The position numbers were made by a program, and so were the translations under genes. From Myxococcota bacterium (GTDB lineage Bacteria > Myxococcota_A > Polyangia > Polyangiales > Sandaracinaceae), in assembly GCA_036149055.1 (NCBI GenBank), contig JAYZQJ010000029.1, positions 1 to 39,564 on the forward strand: 39,564 bases of DNA. Reading direction: 5' to 3'. This document shows positions 11,135 to 19,691 of this stretch, one piece after another; the stretch's first letter is position 1, and each line of letters opens with the position of its first letter. The notes beneath the pieces are model-generated. The model searched no databases. It was not told where the DNA came from and saw nothing but the letters and a program-made list of their open reading frames with translations.

Positions 11135-11976
11135 TCGAGGTCGACGGCTTGACGTTCACCTACCCGAGCGCGGGCGCCGAGACGCTGCACGGGCTCTCCT
11201 TCGAGATCGAGGAGCAAGAGATCTTCGGCTTCCTCGGACCCTCGGGCGCCGGCAAGTCGACGACCCAGAAGATCCTCATCGGCCTGCTGCACGGCTACGC
11301 GGGCCGGGCGACGGTGATGGGCAAGGAGGTGCGCGACTGGGGGCACGCCTACTACGAGCACGTGGGGGTGAGCTTCGAGCTTCCGAATCACCACGAGCGC
11401 CTGACCGCGCGGGAGAACCTCGCGCACTTCGGCGCGCTCTACGCGCGGGAGACGGTGCCGGTCGACGAGGTGCTCTCGTGGGTGGGCCTGGACGACGCGG
11501 CCGATCGGCGGGTGAGCGACTTCAGCAAGGGCATGAAGATCCGGCTCAACGTCGCGCGCAGCCTCCTCCACCGCCCGAAGCTGCTCTTCCTGGACGAGCC
11601 GACGAGCGGCCTCGACCCGGTCAACGCGCGCAACGTGAAGGACCTCGTGCGCCGCGTGCGCGACCAGGGGACGACGGTGTTCGTCACCACCCACGACATG
11701 GCGGTGGCCGACCAGCTCTGCGATCGCGTCGCCTTCATCACCGACGGCCGCATCCGCGCCCTGGGCGCTCCCGACGCGCTCAAGAAGAAGCACGGGCGAC
11801 GCGTGGTCCGGGTGGAGGTCGAGGGCGGCGAGGTGATCGAGCGGCCCCTCGACGGGCTCGCCGACGACGAGGTGTTCCAGCGGGTGCTCCGCGAGGCGCG
11901 CGTCGAGACGATCCACAGCCAGGAGACCACCCTCGAGAACGTCTTCATCGAGGTCACCGGCGAGGCGCTGACGTGA
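11131..11976 (+). CDS. ABC exporter ATP-binding subunit
   Basis: Walker A GPSGAGKST, signature FSKGM, Walker B LLFLDEPTSGLD and TTH. GTG start overlaps the TetR stop. Confidence 0.92.
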   Translation: MIEVDGLTFTYPSAGAETLHGLSFEIEEQEIFGFLGPSGAGKSTTQKILIGLLHGYAGRATVMGKEVRDWGHAYYEHVGVSFELPNHHERLTARENLAHFGALYARETVPVDEVLSWVGLDDAADRRVSDFSKGMKIRLNVARSLLHRPKLLFLDEPTSGLDPVNARNVKDLVRRVRDQGTTVFVTTHDMAVADQLCDRVAFITDGRIRALGAPDALKKKHGRRVVRVEVEGGEVIERPLDGLADDEVFQRVLREARVETIHSQETTLENVFIEVTGEALT

Positions 11977-12698
11977 GGCGCCTCCTCGCGGCGATGCGGA
12001 CCGACGCGCTGCTGCAGCAACGCAACCAGCTCTACGCGATCTCCGTGGGCGTGGCGCTGGTGACCGGAGGCGCGCTCGCCTGGCTCTCGCCGGTGGACAT
12101 GGTGCACCGCACCGTGCCGATGACCCTGCTGCTCTTCGTCGGCGGCTCCACCCTGCTCTACGTGGTCGCGATGATCCTGCTCGAGCGCGCGCACGGGACG
12201 CTGTCGGCCGCGGTGGTCTCCCCGCTGCGCCCGGCGGAGTACCTCGCCTCCAAGGTCCTGACCCTCGGCGCGCTCGCGACCCTGGAGGGCGTGCTCATCG
12301 CCGGCGGCGCGCTGCTGCTGCTCTCGCGCGAGGGCGACGTGATCTGGCCGCGCCCGCTCCCGTTCGCGGCGGGTCTCGTGGCGCTGAGCGTCATGCACGT
12401 GCTCGTCGGCGTGATCCTCGTGGTCCGCTACCAGCGCATCATGCAGGCGCTCCTGCCGATGGGCGCCATCGCCACCGTGCTCCAGCTGCCGGCGTTCTGG
12501 TTCGTCGGCGCGCTCGACCACCGCGCGTGGCTGCTCATCCCGAGCGGCGGGCCCACCATGCTCGTGCGCGGCGCCTTCACCCCGCTCACGCCCTGGGAGT
12601 CGACCTACGCGGTGCTCTTCACCGCCCTCCCCTGCCTCGCGCTCGCCGTCTGGGCCCTGCGCGCCTTCCACCGCCACGTCGTGCTGGAGGGGCGATGA
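11973..12698 (+). CDS. ABC exporter permease (Rv2687c-like)
   Basis: About 6 hydrophobic helices and LERAHGTLSAAVVSPLRPAEYLASKV. Translationally coupled (GTGA). Confidence 0.85.
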   Translation: MRRLLAAMRTDALLQQRNQLYAISVGVALVTGGALAWLSPVDMVHRTVPMTLLLFVGGSTLLYVVAMILLERAHGTLSAAVVSPLRPAEYLASKVLTLGALATLEGVLIAGGALLLLSREGDVIWPRPLPFAAGLVALSVMHVLVGVILVVRYQRIMQALLPMGAIATVLQLPAFWFVGALDHRAWLLIPSGGPTMLVRGAFTPLTPWESTYAVLFTALPCLALAVWALRAFHRHVVLEGR

Positions 12699-13447
12699 CG
12701 CTCGCCCGCCTCGTGCTGACGCTCGGGCGCAACGACGTCCGGCTGATCCTGCGCGATCGCATGCTGGTGATGCTGCTCGGCATGGCGGCGCTCATGGGCC
12801 TCGCCGCGCGCTTCGCCCTCCCCGCGCTCGACGCGTCGCTGGCGGCCGGCGGGGTGCTCCCGAGCGACACCGTCGAGCTCCGCTTCGCGGACACCTACCC
12901 GGTCTGGACGGTCTTCATCGGGCTCTGGCAGGCGTCGCTCCTGCCCGGCACCGCCTTCGGGTTCATGCTCCTCGACGAGCAGGAGGACGGCACGCTGATC
13001 GCGATGCGGGTCACGCCGGTCCCGATGGCCCGCTACGTCGGCTACCGCGTCGCCCAGCCCGCGCTGCTCGCGCTCATGTTCGGCCTCGCGCTCCCGCCGC
13101 TGATCGGTCACGCGCCGATCGCGGCCTGGCAGCTGATCCCGATCGCGCTCGGCGCCTCGCTCACCGCGCCGCTCGCCATGCTTCTGCTGGCGTCGTTCGC
13201 CAACGACAAGGTCCAAGGCCTCGCCTACACCAAGTTCGGCGGCGTCGCGGGCCTGACGATCCTCTTCGGCTGGTTCGCGCCGGAGCCGTGGCAGTGGGGG
13301 CTCGGGCTCTTCCCGCCGTTCCTCGTCGCCAAGTCGTACTGGATGGCCCACGCCGGCCACGGGCTGTGGTGGGCGCCGCTCCTCGTCGCCATCGTCACCC
13401 AGCTCGCGCTGCTGCGCTGGCTGCTCGGCCGCTTCGCGCGCCGATAG
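12695..13447 (+). CDS. ABC exporter permease (Rv2686c-like)
   Basis: Hydrophobic, with LLDEQEDGTLIAMRVTP and ANDKVQGLAYTK. ATGA overlap. Confidence 0.85.
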   Translation: MTLARLVLTLGRNDVRLILRDRMLVMLLGMAALMGLAARFALPALDASLAAGGVLPSDTVELRFADTYPVWTVFIGLWQASLLPGTAFGFMLLDEQEDGTLIAMRVTPVPMARYVGYRVAQPALLALMFGLALPPLIGHAPIAAWQLIPIALGASLTAPLAMLLLASFANDKVQGLAYTKFGGVAGLTILFGWFAPEPWQWGLGLFPPFLVAKSYWMAHAGHGLWWAPLLVAIVTQLALLRWLLGRFARR

Positions 13448-13450
13448 GAT

Positions 13451-13792
13451 CTACAGCATGTCGAGCGCCGCGCGGGCCCAGTCGGCGTCGACGCGGCGGA
13501 TGAGGGCGCGAGCGCTCCGCTGCACCGGCGGGTGCTCGTTCCAGATCGCGACCTCGAGGAAGCGCAGCGTCTCCGCCGGATCGTCTCGCCCCTCGAGCCG
13601 GGCCCGGCAGTCGGCGCAGAAGAGCGCGATGGTGTCGAGCGAGGGCCCCTCGCCCGGCGCGGTGTCGTGGGGACGCAGGTCGCCTTTCCCCTCGCAGAGC
13701 TCGCACTTCTTGTCCGCGCGGCGCGCGAGGTCCTTGCCCAGCAGATTGATCGCGTCCAGCCGCGCCTGATGCTTCTCTCTTCCCTTGGCCAT
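13451..13792 (-). CDS. Small Zn-ribbon protein (PhnA-associated type)
   Basis: MAKG...LGKDLARRADKKCELC...CADC...RFLEVAIWNEHPPVQ, with two CxxC pairs. Confidence 0.7.
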   Translation of the reverse strand: MAKGREKHQARLDAINLLGKDLARRADKKCELCEGKGDLRPHDTAPGEGPSLDTIALFCADCRARLEGRDDPAETLRFLEVAIWNEHPPVQRSARALIRRVDADWARAALDML

Positions 13793-13877
13793 CGCGCGGG
13801 AGCTTACAGGCGCGTACGGACGGAAACGAACGAGCCCGACGCGAACGCCGGGCTCGAGACGGGCGACGAGCGAGCCG

Positions 13878-14339
13878 TCAGCGCTGCGCGACCTGCTCCG
13901 GGCCGTCCATCAGGTCGGGGTGCACCTGGGCGAGCGACGCGTCGACGTGGGTGACCAGGGCGGACGCGCGCTGCTCGATCCCGGCGAGGCGGCCGGAGAA
14001 GCGCGCCTCCTGCGCCGAGGCGAAGCCCGGGTGATGGGCGGCGTGCACGTTGAGGCCGCGGCGCGAGAGCCCGCGCGCCTGCAGGCTCGCGGCGAGCAGC
14101 ACGTCGAAGCGGCGGGGCGCCAGGGTCCGCGCGACCGCCTGGGCCTCGGCCTCGGTGGCGAACTCCATGCGCTCGGCGGCGGCGACCTCGGCGTCGTAGC
14201 GGTCGAAGGCCTCGTCGAGCGCGGCGGCGTAGCGGTCGTCGTCGGTCACGCCGTGGGCGTAGGGGCTCTGCGCGAGCTGCGCGCCGCAGCCGGTGGCGAG
14301 GAGAACGACGACGGACAGGGCGGTGACGGAGCGGTTCAT
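13878..14339 (-). CDS. Hypothetical lipoprotein
   Basis: GGAGG SD upstream of ATG 14339, and MNRSVTALSVVVLLATGC lipobox. Confidence 0.75.
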   Translation of the reverse strand: MNRSVTALSVVVLLATGCGAQLAQSPYAHGVTDDDRYAAALDEAFDRYDAEVAAAERMEFATEAEAQAVARTLAPRRFDVLLAASLQARGLSRRGLNVHAAHHPGFASAQEARFSGRLAGIEQRASALVTHVDASLAQVHPDLMDGPEQVAQR

Positions 14340-14496
14340 GGATGGCCTCCCAGTGCTCGCCTTCGCGAGCGGTTCGGGGGAGCCAACCGTGCCGGATTCG
14401 GCGGCCATTCAAGCCATGGGGCGTGCGCCCTGTAGGCCAGTGGCTTTGCGTCCGCGCCTTTCGTGCGCGGTTGCCTTTTCGACCAGCTCCCAGTTC

Positions 14497-14529
14497 GTGT
14501 CAGGTGACACCAGAATACGCATATTCTGG
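14497..14529. promoter_or_regulatory. Two abutting perfect palindromes (candidate operator sites)
   Basis: GTGTCA-GG-TGACAC (14497-14510) and CCAGAATA-CGCA-TATTCTGG (14510-14529) in an AT-rich intergenic stretch. Confidence 0.4.
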
Positions 14530-14567
14530 ATCAATGCAACGGTGACGGATCAATTTCTCGAGGACGG

Positions 14568-14603
14568 AAACGAAAGAGCCCGACGGAAGGACCGCCGGGC
14601 TCT
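14568..14603 (-). terminator. Rho-independent terminator of the Cys-rich gene pair
   Basis: Minus strand AGAGCCCGGCGG-TCCTT-CCGTCGGGCTCT followed by TTCGTTT, ~30 nt after the stop at 14636. Confidence 0.75.
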
Positions 14604-14635
14604 CTCGGTGTGGGCTGGCTCGGCCAGCCGATCGA

Positions 14636-17600
14636 TCACTGCACCACGATGATCTCGCGGTTGTCGTCATCGACGAGGTAGAGGGAGCTGTCTCCGTCGA
14701 AGCCCATGCCGTAGTTGCTGCTCGAGCCGCCGACGTCGACCATCAGGTCGGCGAACGGGGTCGCGGTGGCCGGGTCGCAGACGTAGTAGATCTCCTCGTA
14801 CCAGCTCTGCACGTAGAGCACGTCGAAGGTGCCGTCCATGTCGAGGTCCTCGCCGTACACGTCGTTGGTCGTCGAGGACATGTCGAACATCGTCGTGATG
14901 TCCTCGAAGGCGCCTCCGCCGACCGGCACGCGGCCCAGCCGCTCACCGGTCCCGCACGCGAGGTAGTAGTAGGTGTTGTCGCGCGCGATGCCGGTGCAGT
15001 TGGCGACGCCGGGCACCGTGAGCTCCAGCGTGGCCGTCTGCGGCGCCGACATGCCGATCGGCACCGACCAGATCTCGGTGCCAGTGGCGGTCGACGACTC
15101 GTCGGTCACCAGGAAGATGCGCCCGAGCGACGGGATCGCGGTCGCGCCGCGGAAGTCGTCGTTCGGAGCCATCGGGAAGGTGGCGTAGTCCTCGACCAGC
15201 CAGGTGAGCCCACCGTCGGTGCTGATGCGCCAGACGTGGCCCATCGTGCCGGTGGTGGTGGACTCGATGGCGTAGATCTCGGCGCCGACGATCACCGCCT
15301 CGTACCCGAGCTGGCTGGTGGTGAGACCGGCGAGAGCCTCGACGTCCTCCACCGGGCCGCCGGCCTTGGGCACGCGGTAGAAGTCGCCGGTGCCGCCGAA
15401 GTAGATCCAGCCGGTCGGGATGTCGTCGGCCACCACCCAGTACTCGGTGAAGCTGCCGAGCCCGGTCGGGATGCGCGTCTCGGTGGTACCGACCATGCCG
15501 CCCATCCCGGGCGCGCAGCTCGGGTTGGGCACGGTGAAGCTCCACGTCTCGGTGGCGACCGGCGCGAAGCAGGTCTGCGACTCCATGCCGCTCACGGTGA
15601 CGGTCACCGTCTCGCCCGGCATGAAGGGGGTCGGAGCCACGGTCATGACCGTGCTCGCGGTGTTGAAGGTCACCTCGGGCGGCCCCATCGACAGATCGTA
15701 GGTGACCGAGGTGCCGCCGCTGCCGCTGAGGCTGATGGTGCCCACGGACTCGGAGACGGCGCTGTCGAAGGTGACCTCGAGGGACGGCGACAGGGTCGGC
15801 GCCGAGCCCATGTCGGGCGGCGAGACCATCGTCACGACCGGCGACGGCACCGACGAGCAGGCCGTCGTGGTCACGTTGACGGTGACCGGGTTGTCGAGCG
15901 GGTTGCTGCCGCTCGTGGTGTCCACGAGGTAGACGTAGGCCGTCTCGCCGGTGCGCAGCGAGAAGCTCGACAGGTCCATCGTGCTGGCGCTGAACTCCGA
16001 GGCGCAGGCCAGCTCCGGCGTCGGCATGCCGCAGGAGGCGGAGACCGACGCCGCCCAGCGGGTGCTGGTGGGCTTGTCGAAGCTGATGTCCACGACCTCG
16101 TCCGCGGCCGCCGTGTAGGAGAACACGACGTCCGGGCCGTCCGAGCTCGCGGTGGCGCAGCTCGGGCGGGTCGTGAGGTAGTCGTTCGTGGTCGCGAACC
16201 AGCGCGCGGTGTTGGCGCCGGTCGTGAGCACGATCTCGTTGCCGCAGGAGTCGCCGCACGGGCCGGTCCCGCCGCAGCTCGACGCTGCGGTGGTGAACGA
16301 CCAGGTCGGCGACGGCACGGGCACGTCGCAGATGACCGCCTGCACGCCGGTCCAGCTGACCGTGTAGGTCTCGCCGGGGGTGAGCTGGGTGGTCGTGTCG
16401 ATGGTGAGCGTGGTGCTCGAGCTGTCGAAGCTCACGTCGGGCGACGTCGCGAGATCGAAGTCGATGGTCCCGCCGCCGCTGTCGGTGAGCGTGACCACGC
16501 CGGTGGTCTCGACGATCGGCGCGTCGAAGACGACCTCGAGCTCCTGCGCGAAGTAGCCGACGTCGGTCGCGCCGTCGGTCGGGCTGAGCGACGTGATCGC
16601 GGGCGGCGGCGCGCTGGCGCAGGCGGTGGTGTTCACCGTCACCGTCAGCGGGTCGTCGAGCGGGTTGGTGCCGCTCGTGGTGTCGGCGAGGTAGATGTAG
16701 GCCGTCTCGCCCGCGGACAGCCGGAAGATCCCGGACATGGTGGCGGGGGAGAAGTCGCTGATGCAGGCGAGCTCGGGGGTCACCGTGCCGCAGGCGGCGG
16801 TGGACACCACCGAGACCCAGCGGGTGCTGGTGGGCTTGTCGAAGACGAGCTCGATCGACTCGTCCATCGTGGCCGTGTAGCTGAACACGAGGTCCGGGCC
16901 GGCGCGCGAGGTCGACGTGCAGCTCGGGGCCGACGTCAGGTAGTCGTTGGTGCTCGCGAACCAGTCGATGGTGTTCGGGCCCATGCTGAGGGCGACGGCG
17001 GTCGCGCAGTCCTCGGCGACCGGAGTCGTGCACGTGCCGCTGTTGCAGCCCTCACCGGCCGGGCAGACGTTGCCGCACGCGCCGCAGTTCATGTCGTCGT
17101 CGAGCAGGGGCAGCTCGCAGCCGTTGCTGAAGTCCATGTCGCAGTCGCCGAAGCCGGCGTCGCACATGGCGATGGTGCAGCTCGACGCGGCGCAGCCCGC
17201 GATCGCGTTCTCCGCTTCGCAGACGATGCCGCAGGCGCCGCAGTTGTCGGGGTCGGTCGCGGTGTCGATCTCGCAGCCGTCGCCGCTCGCCTCGCCGAGG
17301 TCGGCGTTGCAATCGGCGAACGCGCCGTCGCAGGCGGTCCGGCAGCGACGCGAGGCGCAGAGGCCGATGGCGCCGTCGGGCGCGTCGCAGGTGAAGCCGC
17401 ACGCGCCGCAGTTGGCGGGGTTGTTGTCGAGGTCGACGCAGGCGCCCTCGCACTCGGTCAGGCCGAAGGAGCAGGTGAGCGCGCAGGTCCCCATGTCGCA
17501 GACCTCGCCCGCCTCACAGGAGGTGCCGCAGGCGCCGCAGTTGCTCGGATCGCTGCCGGTGTCGACGCACGCGCCGCCACACTCGGTCTGGCTCTCCGGG

Positions 17601-17980
17601 CAGACCACGCTGCAGGAGCCGGCGACGCAGGTCTCACCCTGTCCGCAGGTCTCGCCGCACGCGCCGCAGTTCTGCTCGTCGGTGTCGAGGTCGGCGCAGC
17701 GGTCCTCGCAGGCCTCCTGGCCGCTCGGGCAGACGAGCGCGCAGGCGCCCTCCACGCAGGCCTCGGCCGTGCCGCAGACGTTGCCGCACGCGCCGCAGTG
17801 ATCCTCGTCGCGCGAGGTGTCGACGCAGGTGCCGTCGCAGCGAGTCTCGCCGCCGGTGCAGAGGCGCGCTCCGTCGGGCTGAACCAGCCCGCCGTCCGGC
17901 ACGCCGCCGCCGCCGTCACAGCCCGACAGCGCCACCACGGACGCGACGAGCAGGCTCATCCAAAGCTTACGGGTCATCAT
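14636..17980 (-). CDS. Large Cys-rich surface lipoprotein (Stig1-like NCGACG repeats, Ig-like domains, C-terminal beta-rich domain)
   Basis: Lipobox LSGC, about 6 C.D...D..(N/H)CGACG..C repeats and two Big_5-like segments (SP.D.....LEV.FD). An alternative ATG at 18019 overlaps the upstream stop. Confidence 0.85.
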   Translation of the reverse strand: MMTRKLWMSLLVASVVALSGCDGGGGVPDGGLVQPDGARLCTGGETRCDGTCVDTSRDEDHCGACGNVCGTAEACVEGACALVCPSGQEACEDRCADLDTDEQNCGACGETCGQGETCVAGSCSVVCPESQTECGGACVDTGSDPSNCGACGTSCEAGEVCDMGTCALTCSFGLTECEGACVDLDNNPANCGACGFTCDAPDGAIGLCASRRCRTACDGAFADCNADLGEASGDGCEIDTATDPDNCGACGIVCEAENAIAGCAASSCTIAMCDAGFGDCDMDFSNGCELPLLDDDMNCGACGNVCPAGEGCNSGTCTTPVAEDCATAVALSMGPNTIDWFASTNDYLTSAPSCTSTSRAGPDLVFSYTATMDESIELVFDKPTSTRWVSVVSTAACGTVTPELACISDFSPATMSGIFRLSAGETAYIYLADTTSGTNPLDDPLTVTVNTTACASAPPPAITSLSPTDGATDVGYFAQELEVVFDAPIVETTGVVTLTDSGGGTIDFDLATSPDVSFDSSSTTLTIDTTTQLTPGETYTVSWTGVQAVICDVPVPSPTWSFTTAASSCGGTGPCGDSCGNEIVLTTGANTARWFATTNDYLTTRPSCATASSDGPDVVFSYTAAADEVVDISFDKPTSTRWAASVSASCGMPTPELACASEFSASTMDLSSFSLRTGETAYVYLVDTTSGSNPLDNPVTVNVTTTACSSVPSPVVTMVSPPDMGSAPTLSPSLEVTFDSAVSESVGTISLSGSGGTSVTYDLSMGPPEVTFNTASTVMTVAPTPFMPGETVTVTVSGMESQTCFAPVATETWSFTVPNPSCAPGMGGMVGTTETRIPTGLGSFTEYWVVADDIPTGWIYFGGTGDFYRVPKAGGPVEDVEALAGLTTSQLGYEAVIVGAEIYAIESTTTGTMGHVWRISTDGGLTWLVEDYATFPMAPNDDFRGATAIPSLGRIFLVTDESSTATGTEIWSVPIGMSAPQTATLELTVPGVANCTGIARDNTYYYLACGTGERLGRVPVGGGAFEDITTMFDMSSTTNDVYGEDLDMDGTFDVLYVQSWYEEIYYVCDPATATPFADLMVDVGGSSSNYGMGFDGDSSLYLVDDDNREIIVVQ

Positions 17981-18015
17981 CGTTCTCTCTTCGTTCCAGG
18001 TTGAGCGCTGCGCGG

Positions 18016-19371
18016 TCATGGCATCACCGTCACGGTGACCTCGAGCGGGTTCTCGAGGGGGTTGGCACCACTCGCGGTGTCGACGACGTAGAGGTAGACG
18101 GTCTGCCCCGCGGTGAGGCTGGTGGTCAGCTCCATCGTCGTGCTGCCGAACTCCGACGCGCAGTCAGCCTCGGGGGTGGTCGTGCCGCACGCCGACGTCG
18201 AGATCAGCGCAGCCCAGCGGGTGTTGGTCGGCCGGTTGGTCAGCGCGAAGGTGACGGTCTCGGCCGCGGCGGCGGTGTACTCCATCACCACGTCCGGGCC
18301 GTCCGGCGAGGTGAAGGTGGGCGTGCAGCTCGGGCCGCTCCCGGTGAGGTAGTCGTTCGTCGTCGCCATCCACGGCAGCGTGTTGACGCCCGCCGAGAGG
18401 GTGAAGGCCGTGGCGCAGTCCTCGCCGGTGTCGGTCGTGCAGCTTCCGCCGATGCAGAACTCGCCGGCGGCGCAGGCCATGCCGCAGCCGCCGCAGTTCA
18501 GCCGGTCGGCGTTGGTGTCGGCCTCACAGCCGTTGGCCGCGTCCATGTCGCAGTCGGTGAAGCCCGGGAGGCAGGCGCCCCGCGTGCACTGACCGGCGGC
18601 GCAGGTCGCGGCGTCCTCGGCGTTCGCGTTCGTGCACTCGCGGCGGCACGCGCCGCAGTTCGCGATGTCCATCTCGAGGCGCGTCTCGCAGCCGTCGCCG
18701 CCGGCGGTGGCGAGGTCCGAGTTGCAGTCGCCCTGGAGGTCCTGACAGAAGGTCTGGCACTCCCCGGCGACGCAGATGCCGTCGGCCGCGAAGGCGACGT
18801 CGCAGACGGTGCCGCAGGCGCCGCAGTTGACCGGGTTGACCGAGAGGTCGACGCAGCTGCCGCCGCAGTCGGTGAGGCCGGCGCCGCAGGTGACGGCGCA
18901 CTCGCCCATCATGCAGACCTCGCCCTCGTCGCAGGCGGCGCCGCACGCGCCGCAGTTCGACGGGTCGCTCATCGTCAGGGTGCACTGACCGTCGCAGACC
19001 TCCTGGTCGGGCAGGCAGCTGATCTCGCAGCTCCCGCTCGAGCAGACCTCGCCGGCCTCGCAGGCGTCGCCGCAGGCGCCGCAGTGCGAGGGGTCGCGAT
19101 CGACGTCGGTGCAGGCCCCGTCGCAGGCGGTCTGGCCCTCGGGACAGACGAGCGCGCAGGCGCCCTCCACGCAGGAGAAGCCGGTGTCGCAGGCGTTGTC
19201 GCAGGCGCCGCAGTGCTCGCGGTCGCTCATCACGTCCACGCACTCGATGCCGCACTGGGTGTCCCCGAAGTCGCAGTTCGCGACCGACCCATCGGGCCAG
19301 GGCTCCCCCCCGTCACAACCCGGCGACAGCACCAGGACGACCGGCGCGAGCCGGACCAACCATCTTTTCAT
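18016..19371 (-). CDS. Cys-rich surface lipoprotein, paralog of the downstream gene
   Basis: Signal peptide ending SPGC, repeated CGACG modules, and a C-terminal EDCATA...TNDYLT...GPDVV domain shared with the neighbour. Confidence 0.85.
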   Translation of the reverse strand: MKRWLVRLAPVVLVLSPGCDGGEPWPDGSVANCDFGDTQCGIECVDVMSDREHCGACDNACDTGFSCVEGACALVCPEGQTACDGACTDVDRDPSHCGACGDACEAGEVCSSGSCEISCLPDQEVCDGQCTLTMSDPSNCGACGAACDEGEVCMMGECAVTCGAGLTDCGGSCVDLSVNPVNCGACGTVCDVAFAADGICVAGECQTFCQDLQGDCNSDLATAGGDGCETRLEMDIANCGACRRECTNANAEDAATCAAGQCTRGACLPGFTDCDMDAANGCEADTNADRLNCGGCGMACAAGEFCIGGSCTTDTGEDCATAFTLSAGVNTLPWMATTNDYLTGSGPSCTPTFTSPDGPDVVMEYTAAAAETVTFALTNRPTNTRWAALISTSACGTTTPEADCASEFGSTTMELTTSLTAGQTVYLYVVDTASGANPLENPLEVTVTVMP

Positions 19372-19497
19372 CACACACACCTTCCACTCCCCCGAAAGGG
19401 GAGGATGTCAGCCAAAGACGTCAGCCGCGTACGCGGCGAGCGCACGCGCGCACTTGGGTCATATCCTCCACACACGTAGGCACGTGTCGCAGATCCA

Positions 19498-19513
19498 AGT
19501 GAGCAATCTCACG
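19498..19513. promoter_or_regulatory. CRP/FNR-family-like binding site
   Basis: aGTGA-gcaatc-TCACg (GTGAG-N4-CTCAC palindrome) in the divergent region upstream of ccoN. Confidence 0.4.
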
Positions 19514-19533
19514 GGCGAGGGGTTCCGCCGCCC

Positions 19534-19549
19534 GGGCATGCGGCTCGCT
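19534..19549 (+). promoter_or_regulatory. Possible sigma54 -24/-12 promoter for the cco cluster
   Basis: GGGCATGCGGCTCGCT has GG-N10-GC spacing. A chance match is plausible at this GC content. Confidence 0.25.
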
Positions 19550-19691
19550 TGTCGGCCCCGGAGGCCGACCCCACCCTGCTCTTCGGAGGCGCCATCGCGA
19601 CCCGCGATTCCGACGCCCCATCCCCGCGCCGCGGCCAGGCTCGAGCCGGCTGAACGGCGCCCGCGCACCGGTGCGCCCGACGGAGCCAGCC

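Noticed and set aside
15236..19479. Long plus-strand ORFs opposite the Cys-rich genes, and similar antisense ORFs at 21738-24557 and 28776-31052
   Set aside because: Antisense shadows typical of high-GC3 coding DNA.
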